A model generated the notes under the pieces. It saw only the letters and a program-made list of their open reading frames with translations, did no database searches and had not been told where the DNA came from. DNA of 37,530 nt from an uncultured Clostridia bacterium (GTDB lineage: Bacteria; Bacillota; Clostridia; UBA1381), in the NCBI GenBank assembly GCA_944391265.1, contig CALXSX010000121.1, positions 1 to 37,530 of the forward strand, given 5' to 3'. The first letter of the stretch is position 1, and each line of letters starts with the position of its first letter. Below, one piece after another: positions 31,135 through 37,530 of the stretch. Position numbers and translations under genes: made by a program.

Positions 31135-32493
31135 ATGGCAAATTATTCTGATATAACACCTCAGATTGAGAAATGGTCTAAGCTTTGTCAGGAAAACAGC
31201 AACATCGACAGTGAATTATATACAAAATACGATGTGAAAAAAGGACTAAGGGATCTGGACGGAAAGGGAGTTCTTACAGGGCTCACTGAAATATCGGAGA
31301 TACGTCAGTCCAAGATAGAAAACGGAAAGACTATACCTTGGCACGGGAGTTTGTTTTACCGGGGATATAATGTTGAGGATATGATAGCAGGGTTTGCCAA
31401 GGATGACCGGTTCGGATTTGAAGAAACAGTATACCTGTTACTATTCGGGCAGCTTCCTACAAGGGCGCAGTACGATGAATTCTGCAAGGCATTGGCAAAT
31501 TACAGGACTCTTCCTACAAATTTTGTTCGAGACGTCATTATGAAGGCGCCCAGCGGGGATATCATGAATGCTCTTGCACGCAGTACATTGACGCTTGCAT
31601 CATATGACGATAATCCAAACGATATTTCCATAAGTAATGTTTTAAGACAGTGTCTGCAGCTGATAGCTGTATATCCGCTTCTTTCCATATATAGTTACCA
31701 GGCGTATGCTCATTATCATGAGAACAAGAGCCTTGTTATACACTCACCGGACGAAAACTTGTCTACTGCGGAGAACATTTTGCTTATGCTGAAGCATGAC
31801 AGTGCTTATACGCGTCTTGAGGCATTGGTGCTTGACAGGGCGCTTGTTTTGCACGCTGAGCACGGAGGCGGTAATAACTCGACCTTTACGACAAGGGTAG
31901 TGACAAGCTCCGGAACGGATACTTATTCTGCAATTGCTGCCGGTCTTTGTTCGCTGAAAGGGCCAAAGCACGGCGGAGCAAATATTAAGGTAGTCAAGAT
32001 GTTTGATGAGATGAAAGAGGCGGTTTCCGACTGGAAGGACGATGATGAGATAAAAGCGTACCTTAGAAAGATACTCCATAAGGAAGCGTTTGATAAGAGC
32101 GGACTGATATACGGAATCGGTCACGCAGTGTATTCAATATCAGACCCGAGAGCGAGGGTGTTCAAGTCGTATGTAGAAAAGCTTTCAAAGGCTGAGGGTT
32201 ACGGCGATGAGTTTGACCTTTACAGCAGTGTTGAACGGCTTGCACCTGAGGTTATTGCAGAGGAGAGAAAGATATATAAGGGAGTCAGCGCAAACGTCGA
32301 TTTTTACAGCGGTTTTGCTTATAAAATGCTCGGCTTGCCTCTGGAACTGTACACACCGATATTTGCAATGGCGCGCCTTGCCGGCTGGAGTGCGCATCGC
32401 CTTGAGGAGCTTATAAATGCCGGGAAGATCATTCGCCCTGCTTATAAGAGCGTGTGTGAAGAAAAGAAGTATGTTGAGATGGATAAACGCTGA
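31135..32493 (+). CDS. Citrate synthase (conventional Si-type family)
   Basis: Carries HAEHGGGNNSTF, GPKHGGAN, GHAVY and NVDFYSG. A GGGAGGA RBS is present. Confidence 0.88.
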   Translation: MANYSDITPQIEKWSKLCQENSNIDSELYTKYDVKKGLRDLDGKGVLTGLTEISEIRQSKIENGKTIPWHGSLFYRGYNVEDMIAGFAKDDRFGFEETVYLLLFGQLPTRAQYDEFCKALANYRTLPTNFVRDVIMKAPSGDIMNALARSTLTLASYDDNPNDISISNVLRQCLQLIAVYPLLSIYSYQAYAHYHENKSLVIHSPDENLSTAENILLMLKHDSAYTRLEALVLDRALVLHAEHGGGNNSTFTTRVVTSSGTDTYSAIAAGLCSLKGPKHGGANIKVVKMFDEMKEAVSDWKDDDEIKAYLRKILHKEAFDKSGLIYGIGHAVYSISDPRARVFKSYVEKLSKAEGYGDEFDLYSSVERLAPEVIAEERKIYKGVSANVDFYSGFAYKMLGLPLELYTPIFAMARLAGWSAHRLEELINAGKIIRPAYKSVCEEKKYVEMDKR

Positions 32494-32520
32494 GATAGGC
32501 AGCATAAACTAAACAAAAAA

Positions 32521-32577
32521 GGTGCGGACTTGATTGTAAACCGGAATTTTCCGGTGTTGTCCGCACCGCTTTTTTGT
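32521..32577. terminator. Bidirectional compound terminator
   Basis: GGTGCGGAC..GTCCGCACC encloses an inner CCGGA..TCCGG hairpin. It is flanked by A-rich and T-rich (CTTTTTTGTTTT) tracts. Confidence 0.75.
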
Positions 32578-32578
32578 T

Positions 32579-32821
32579 TTATTTTACAATGTCCTCAGCT
32601 GCGTTTTTAGTAGCATTAGCCGCGTCCTTAACACCGTCGCCAAGATCCTCAGCCGCGTCATTCATTTTATCGCCCATGTTTTCACCCGTATCCGTGGGAG
32701 ACTGAGATTCACTCGCAGGGGGATCTGTCTGTGTCGTGTTTTCATGGTTTTCTTCAGCAGAGCATGATGACAGGACAAGAGCGAGAACGGCTGTTGTAAA
32801 AAGTATGCCCAATCTTTTCAT
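32579..32821 (-). CDS. Small lipoprotein, function unknown
   Basis: Signal peptide with an LSSC lipobox and an acidic, Ala/Asp-rich mature part. An AAAGGTGA RBS is present. Confidence 0.6.
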   Translation of the reverse strand: MKRLGILFTTAVLALVLSSCSAEENHENTTQTDPPASESQSPTDTGENMGDKMNDAAEDLGDGVKDAANATKNAAEDIVK

Positions 32822-33171
32822 ATAAATAGCTCACCTTTCTGCCCACATATATTTTTGATTCATTATACCGTTGTCTGCGGGCTGACCTGCGTATAATAAT
32901 TGTCCGCCGCATCTGCCGCGGATTCAAACAAAGTGCGAAACAATCCAATATGCCGCAGCAATATACGGACAATTTGTATGTTTCTTTATGTATTGTAACC
33001 AATAAAAAATTTTTTATAATTTTTTTTATTTTTTTGCAACCTTTTGGCAGTTTGAAAAGTATTAAATACGAAAAGGCAAAAACAAAGAGTTTTCGGCGCC
33101 TAAATTACATAATAACCGCTTGCAAGCAAAAAGACGCACGGGAACAAAAATAATGAAAAGAGGTATTTATT

Positions 33172-34203
33172 ATGAACAAAAAATTATTCGCTATGCTCGT
33201 AACGGGCGCACTTATCACATCATCATTTGCAGTTTTCGCTGAAACAGCTCCGCAGACAACAGAGCCGCAGACAACTGAGACTGTCGAAACGGTACCTGAG
33301 GAATTCGCATCAGCTTACGTAAGCTTTACGGGAACAATCACAGGTAAAAACGGTGACTTTTTCGTAGCAAAGGGAGAGGACGAGGATTCTGAATTCTGGA
33401 TCAACACACAAAATGTTCAGGTATCTGCAACAGCTGACGGAAAAGCTTATGATCTTGCCGAGGGTGACACTGTTACAATATATGTAAGGGCAGACGCTCC
33501 TGCAATTCTTATTTATCCCGCTCAGTATTCGCCTGTTGTTATAATTAAAAATGAAGAAGATCAGGCGAGCAGTGTTAATGTTGATACATTCACAAAGAGC
33601 GACAGCTTCGGCGATTATGTAAACAATGAAAATATGCTTGCTTTACATATATCTGACGATGTAGAGATCGTTGATAAAGACGGCAACGCATTTGACGGTG
33701 ACCTTGACGGAAGAGACCTTGCTGTATTCTATTCAATTGCTACAATGAGCATACCTGCTCAGACGACACCGAAAAAGATTGTTGTTCTCGATGAGGTAAA
33801 GGCAGAGACTCCGGCTGAAGAAGCAGAAGCTATTGATCTTACAAACGTTACAAAGGTAGTAGTAAACGGCAAAGAAGTAGCTTATGTAAAGACAGACGCT
33901 GCAAAGAATATGCTCCCGATTCGTTCAATCGGTGAAGCTCTTGGATTTGAGATTGGCTGGAACGACGCAACAAAGTCAGTTTTGCTTAACGGCGCTTACG
34001 CTCTCAGAATTGGTGAGAACTCATATGTAAAGGGCAAGATGGTTCCTTTAGTGCTCAGCTCAGCACCTGTTTGCGCTGAGGTAAACGGAACAGGTATTAC
34101 GTATGTACCGGCTGAGTACTTCTCAGACGTATTGGAGGCTAAGCTTTCAGTTTCCGGCAACACGCTCACAATCACATCACAAACGGCTGCGAATAATCAA
34201 TAA
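33172..34203 (+). CDS. Secreted protein with a C-terminal copper-amine-oxidase-N-like (stalk) domain
   Basis: Has a signal peptide, a PQTTE repeat, and a C-terminal segment (MLPIRSIGEALGFEIGWN..ITYVPAEYFSDVL). It is a paralogous domain to the 16262-17476 product. Confidence 0.65.
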   Translation: MNKKLFAMLVTGALITSSFAVFAETAPQTTEPQTTETVETVPEEFASAYVSFTGTITGKNGDFFVAKGEDEDSEFWINTQNVQVSATADGKAYDLAEGDTVTIYVRADAPAILIYPAQYSPVVIIKNEEDQASSVNVDTFTKSDSFGDYVNNENMLALHISDDVEIVDKDGNAFDGDLDGRDLAVFYSIATMSIPAQTTPKKIVVLDEVKAETPAEEAEAIDLTNVTKVVVNGKEVAYVKTDAAKNMLPIRSIGEALGFEIGWNDATKSVLLNGAYALRIGENSYVKGKMVPLVLSSAPVCAEVNGTGITYVPAEYFSDVLEAKLSVSGNTLTITSQTAANNQ

Positions 34204-34292
34204 TTTCTGTTTATTAAAAATCCAATATCCATACCCAAAAATATTGCGGAATTATAAACAAGGATCCGCATGATTATTCAACCGTTTTATAA

Positions 34293-34335
34293 AAGGAGAG
34301 TCCCGGTAAAGCAATTGCTTTCCCGGGCTCTCCTT
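34293..34335. terminator. Long convergent hairpin / terminator
   Basis: AAGGAGAG-t-CCCGG-t-AAAGCA-at-TGCTTT-c-CCGGG-CTCTCCTT, about 19 bp paired. It lies between two convergent units. Confidence 0.65.
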
Positions 34336-34355
34336 ATTTAAATACCGGGAAGTTT

Positions 34356-34505
34356 TTAATTTCTTTTCTTTTCATATTTCCGGCATTGCCTGGCATATGG
34401 GCAACCGATGCATTTTTGTCCCCTTCTTTTGCTTTTGTATATGTACAGTCCTGCCCCTCCGATAACCATGATTAAAATTACAATAAGAATGAAATTATCC
34501 GTCAC
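34356..34505 (-). CDS. FeoB-associated Cys-rich small membrane protein (49 aa, not in the ORF track)
   Basis: The minus strand encodes GTG-TDNFILIVILIMVIGGAGLYIYKSKRRGQKCIGCPYARQCRKYEKKRN-stop. This is one TM helix plus a basic CxxC-x5-C tail. An AAGGGTGA RBS is present. The GTG overlaps the TGA of the FeoB C-terminal frame (ATGTGA). Confidence 0.7.
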   Translation of the reverse strand: MTDNFILIVILIMVIGGAGLYIYKSKRRGQKCIGCPYARQCRKYEKKRN

Positions 34506-34944
34506 ATTTCATCACCCTTTCTGAATGAATATTGAACATTGATTTTTTTATCGGAATTAAGCATCAGGTAAGCTATTGCAGTGATTATAACAGCCACAGC
34601 AGCCAATCCCGGTAAAAATCCGGCTCCAAAAGCTGGGTAGTAAAGAATAAGCTGCGGCTTAAATTGGTAGCGTCCACAATGTTAATAATAACGTCCGGCT
34701 TTTCATTTTTTACATATGAGCTGGTGATGCTCTCTTCAGACGTGTACGGAGACATTGAATATGCGCCGGGAAGATCAACGGCTATAAGCTCTTCATTTGT
34801 GCCTGCATATACCTTTTTAATTGGATGCTCCTTTTTTTCAACGGTAACACCCGCCCAGTTTCCGACCTTTTCATTTCTGCCCGTAAGAGCGTTATACATT
34901 GTTGTTTTACCGGAATTTGGATTGCCTGTTAAAGCGATTCTCAT
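34502..34944 (-). pseudogene. feoB: feoB remnant with an internal deletion and frameshift
   Basis: The N-terminal 107 aa form an intact G1-G3 G domain (GNPNSGKTT, GVTVEKK, DLPG) up to FFTTQLLE, then the frame runs 12 codons into a stop. A different frame from about 34640 down to 34502 reads like a terminal FeoB TM helix (AFGAGFLPGLAAVAVIITAIAYLML). G4/G5 and the permease are absent. The locus is 443 nt, against about 2 kb for the feoB at 25257. Confidence 0.7.
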
Positions 34945-34982
34945 AGTTAAATCCTCTTTTATAAATTACTTCATTGTACCAA

Positions 34983-34998
34983 GTTAGCTGCCGCTAAC
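34983..34998. promoter_or_regulatory. GTTAGC-N4-GCTAAC palindrome (copy 3) in the feoA2-feoB2 spacer
   Basis: GTTAGCtgccGCTAAC shares its 12 specified bases with the two copies at 35278-35340. Confidence 0.5.
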
Positions 34999-35029
34999 CC
35001 GATGACAAAAAATATGTAAATGCACCAAG

Positions 35030-35251
35030 TCAAACAATAATCGCCTTCGCTAACTGATTATCTATATTATACCTGCCGTCCTTAATAGAAACAACGCATC
35101 CGCTGTTTAGATGTGAGATAACTGTAATTGCTTCTCCTTTGTAGCATCCAAGCGAAAATAAGAATGAATTAAATTCCTCATCATCTGTTTCAATACTTGA
35201 TATGATATACTCTTTTCTTTCTGACGCCTCTTTCAAATTCATAATTAACAC
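35030..35251 (-). CDS. feoA: FeoA-family protein (second copy)
   Basis: The 73-aa product has a FeoA SH3-like pattern (YIISSIETDDEEFNSFLFSLGCYKGEAITVISHLNSGCVVSIKDGRYNI). A GGAGGGTG RBS is present. Confidence 0.8.
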   Translation of the reverse strand: MLIMNLKEASERKEYIISSIETDDEEFNSFLFSLGCYKGEAITVISHLNSGCVVSIKDGRYNIDNQLAKAIIV

Positions 35252-35277
35252 CCTCCATTCTTTTCAATGTTTTCGTA

Positions 35278-35315
35278 TACATCGATTAGTTAGCTACGGC
35301 TAACTAATCGATGTA
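35278..35315. promoter_or_regulatory. Perfect 17+4+17 bp inverted repeat containing GTTAGC-N4-GCTAAC (copy 2); candidate operator
   Basis: TACATCGATTAGTTAGC-tacg-GCTAACTAATCGATGTA with no mismatch. It lies in the feoA2 leader at about +26 to +63. Confidence 0.6.
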
Positions 35316-35320
35316 AATTT

Positions 35321-35340
35321 TGGTTAGCCTCTGCTAACCA
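35321..35340. promoter_or_regulatory. TGGTTAGC-N4-GCTAACCA palindrome (copy 1); candidate operator at the transcription start
   Basis: Perfect 8+4+8 palindrome, 6 nt downstream of the feoA2 -10 box. Confidence 0.6.
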
Positions 35341-35346
35341 GACATA

Positions 35347-35375
35347 ATTATATCATTGCGGTAATTATTTGTCAA
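35347..35375 (-). promoter_or_regulatory. feoA2 promoter (full consensus)
   Basis: The minus strand reads TTGACA-17 nt-TATAAT. Confidence 0.75.
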
Positions 35376-35393
35376 CATTTTTTTTGAAAATTG

Positions 35394-35422
35394 TTGTTTT
35401 TCTAAAATATTTGTGCTAAAAT
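35394..35422 (+). promoter_or_regulatory. Promoter of the DtxR-like regulator
   Basis: TTGTTT-17 nt (ending in TGc)-TAAAAT, an extended -10 type. Confidence 0.45.
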
Positions 35423-35455
35423 AAACGAAAGGCATATTAAAGGAGTTGATTTCTT

Positions 35456-35833
35456 GTGAAAGAATCCGGAGAAATGTACTTAGAAACAATATATATTTTA
35501 TCAAAAAGCAAATCATATGTCAGATCAATAGATATTGCGGAGTATATGAATTATTCAAAACCCAGTGTCTCCCGAGGCGTAGGTCTCCTGAAAAAAAACG
35601 GATATGTAACTGTTGACAATGACGGGTATATTACATTAACCGACACGGGTAATAAGATTGCCAACAATATCTTTGAACGGCATACAGTTTTAACGAAGAT
35701 GCTGACATTGCTTGGCGTTGATGAGGAAACAGCATCGGCAGATGCATGTAAAATGGAGCATGTAATAAGCGAAAAATCATTTGACGCTATGAAAAATCAT
35801 ATAAAAAGTTCGAATAAGAATTTTCTCATCTGA
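35456..35833 (+). CDS. DtxR/IdeR-family metal-dependent repressor, two-domain form (no SH3 domain)
   Basis: GEMYLETIY at the N-terminus, an HTH (SIDIAEYMNYSKPSVSRGVGLLKKNGYV), ERH, and DACKMEHVIS. These align with the DtxR ligands Met10, Cys102, Glu105 and His106. GTG start with an AAAGGAG RBS. Confidence 0.8.
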   Translation: MKESGEMYLETIYILSKSKSYVRSIDIAEYMNYSKPSVSRGVGLLKKNGYVTVDNDGYITLTDTGNKIANNIFERHTVLTKMLTLLGVDEETASADACKMEHVISEKSFDAMKNHIKSSNKNFLI

Positions 35834-35837
35834 AAGC

Positions 35838-35884
35838 AAACTGCCATGATTTATGTGTAATACAAAAATCAGGGCAGTTTATTT
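35838..35884. terminator. Convergent terminator hairpin
   Basis: AAACTGCCATGATT pairs with AATCAGGGCAGTTT (one mismatch), followed by ATTTG. Confidence 0.6.
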
Positions 35885-35948
35885 GAGAAAAAATTTGCCT
35901 TCTTAACGTAGAAGCAAAATGAGAAAATCAATTTTGATGTCAAAAAAC

Positions 35949-36377
35949 TCAATTTACAACACCCTTTTTGAGTATGATGTTAGCGTAAAGCGCCTCTTCG
36001 CTTGTTGCGATCACAGCATATGCATTTTTAGCACGTTCATAGAAATCGAAACGTCCGAGGTAGCCAATCCTAACATTTTCGCCTTCATACATTTTGAGGG
36101 TATCTTTGTAATCGTTCCATATCGAGGTGTCTGCATCATCGCCTTCTGTTACCTTCATGAGTATTGTGTTCTCATCAACATATGTGTCAAGAGGCAGCAA
36201 ACTTATAACAGCTTCAAGAACATCGTTTCCCCCGTTTCCGTCAAGACGGATAACGCGTCTGCCATATCTATAGCACGGAAAATTGTCATCGGCGATAACT
36301 ATCTCATCACCGTGACCCATTTCCATAAGAACATTAATAAGTTCAGGTGATAAAATATGCGGAACATTTTTTAACAT
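35949..36377 (-). CDS. fucU: L-fucose mutarotase / RbsD-FucU family protein
   Basis: Starts MLKNVPHILSPELINVLMEMGHGDEIVIADDNFP, which matches the FucU N-terminus. The start is set at M21 of the tracked ORF, preceded by AAAAGGAG. Confidence 0.8.
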   Translation of the reverse strand: MLKNVPHILSPELINVLMEMGHGDEIVIADDNFPCYRYGRRVIRLDGNGGNDVLEAVISLLPLDTYVDENTILMKVTEGDDADTSIWNDYKDTLKMYEGENVRIGYLGRFDFYERAKNAYAVIATSEEALYANIILKKGVVN

Positions 36378-36427
36378 AGCATTACTCCTTTTTAACGGGC
36401 GTTTGAATGAATTGGCAAATAATAAAT

Positions 36428-36459
36428 TAAGCCGCACCCTGCATTTGCAGGATGCGGCT
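36428..36459 (-). terminator. Intercistronic hairpin between the binding-protein gene and fucU
   Basis: AAGCCGCACCCTGCA-tt-TGCAGGATGCGGCTT (one mismatch). The trailing T tract on the minus strand is weak, so this may be a stabiliser or attenuator rather than a full terminator. Confidence 0.45.
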
Positions 36460-36469
36460 TGTTAAGTGA

Positions 36470-37530
36470 TTAACCTTGATATACAAGATTCTTCTCTATC
36501 ATTTCATCAACGTTTGATGCATCCCACCATGCGCCTGAAATATCAACCTTTTCCGTTACTTCCTTGCCTTCAATTGCGAATACTGCCTGTTCAACAGCCT
36601 GATATCCTATTTGATATGAATCCTGAGCAACAGATCCTACGAGCTTCGGACCTGTAGTCTTTTTCATCCATTCTATCTGTTTTGTACCGGCATCATATCC
36701 TGTAAATTTAATGTCGTCATACTTTGTGCCTGCAGCAGCTATAGCATCGTATACCTGCTTAACAATACCTTCGTTAGACATAAATATCGCCTTTGCGCCC
36801 TTTTCATAAAGAGCCTCAAGAGCTGCCTTGTACGCATTGTCAGCGTCGCCGGGCTTAACTTCCTTTTCTATAACATACTTGCCCTTTGTTGAAGCGTCCG
36901 CATCAGCAAGCTCTTTAAACTTGTTTATAAATCCGTTTGCTCTATCAATACCTGTCTGTGTTTCATCATGCTGAATAACGCCAACAACGTATTTATCTGC
37001 AGCTGCTATGTCGCCCTTGATTATCTCAAAGAAGTGCTCAGCGTTCAGAGCAGCAGCTTTTTCGTTGCTGGTCGCAACGGAGGAAACAATAGGATTCTTG
37101 TTTGCTGCGTCAAGCGCCTTTATATCATTTTCCCATACTCCGCTGTCAAACTGGACAACGGGGATATTGTTGTCGTATGCCTGGCTCAGAAGGTCAACAA
37201 AGCCTTCACCTATTGTGCCTATAACTATTCCGTCAGCCTGATTGGAAAGAGCTGTCTGAAGCATTTCCTTCTGTGACGGAAGATCCTTAGCCGACTCACT
37301 TGCCGGGCCTCTGAATGTTATGTTATAGCCATACTCTTTTCCTGCTGCTTCAGCGCCTGCTTTTACCGACTGCCAGAAAGCGTGTGATTCGCCTTTTGCC
37401 ACAACTGCTATTGTTTTTGTTCCGCCCGTTTCTCCGCCTGTTCCACTGCCTGTTCCGCCATTGTCACAGCCAGCAGCAAGTCCCAGCATCATTACACCTG
37501 CCATCAATACGGATGATGCTTTAACAAACC
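36470..37530 (-). CDS. Sugar ABC transporter substrate-binding lipoprotein (RbsB-like PBP type 1), 5'-truncated by the window edge
   Basis: The frame is open to position 37530. Has an LAAGC lipobox followed by a Gly/Thr linker. The body has a periplasmic-binding-protein fold pattern (IAVVAKGESHAFWQSV..GIVIGT..VVQFDSG). Confidence 0.8.
   Translation of the reverse strand, partial: FVKASSVLMAGVMMLGLAAGCDNGGTGSGTGGETGGTKTIAVVAKGESHAFWQSVKAGAEAAGKEYGYNITFRGPASESAKDLPSQKEMLQTALSNQADGIVIGTIGEGFVDLLSQAYDNNIPVVQFDSGVWENDIKALDAANKNPIVSSVATSNEKAAALNAEHFFEIIKGDIAAADKYVVGVIQHDETQTGIDRANGFINKFKELADADASTKGKYVIEKEVKPGDADNAYKAALEALYEKGAKAIFMSNEGIVKQVYDAIAAAGTKYDDIKFTGYDAGTKQIEWMKKTTGPKLVGSVAQDSYQIGYQAVEQAVFAIEGKEVTEKVDISGAWWDASNVDEMIEKNLVYQG

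Noticed and set aside
33060-33150. GGCAAA and GACGCACGGG strings reminiscent of c-di-GMP-I (GEMM) riboswitch boxes
   Set aside because: The ACGCAAAGCC box and both P1/P2 helices with a tetraloop and receptor are missing. The similarity is limited to a few bases.
32950-33153. 67-aa plus-strand ORF in the lipoprotein / stalk-protein spacer
   Set aside because: It has no Shine-Dalgarno sequence, runs through poly-A/T tracts, and has an implausible composition.
35919-36350. 143-aa plus-strand ORF
   Set aside because: It is antisense to fucU, whose product matches the FucU/RbsD N-terminus. It has no RBS.

Overview
This is a chromosomal window from an anaerobic Firmicute, probably a Clostridia or Oscillospiraceae-like organism. 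That guess rests on gene content and the CIRCE element and was not verified. Most of the window is conserved housekeeping. It holds rnfCDGEAB (rnfC cut by the left edge), a Ca-type P-type ATPase, pflB-pflA, and tRNA-Ser(UGA). Next come ylxM-ffh-rpsP-khpA-rimM-trmD, a GerM-like protein, and a minus-strand PBP1A operon with two secreted wall-associated proteins. After these are CIRCE-groES-groEL, a tandem OB-fold SSB-like protein, folC, and feoA-feoB-vanZ-amidohydrolase. The rest comprises ftsH, tRNA-Leu(UAA), citrate synthase, a small lipoprotein and a copper-amine-oxidase-N-domain protein. At the right edge are fucU and a sugar-binding lipoprotein (cut by the edge). I saw no CRISPR array, transposase, integrase or recognisable defence gene. 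The least ordinary region is 34.3-35.9 kb, a second iron-uptake locus. It has a consensus promoter followed by a tandem pair of GTTAGC-N4-GCTAAC palindromes, one of them inside a perfect 38-bp inverted repeat. A third copy lies between feoA2 and feoB2. A divergent minimal DtxR-type regulator keeps the Fe-type ligand set. An intact feoA2 and an untracked 49-aa Cys-rich membrane ORF are present, but feoB2 has lost nearly all of its permease. Other points worth a second look are an (HxH)x4 insertion in the G domain of the intact FeoB, the two-OB-fold SSB-like protein, and a 16-bp palindrome abutting the pfl promoter. All calls come from reading the sequence and recognising motifs; no database searches or computations were run.
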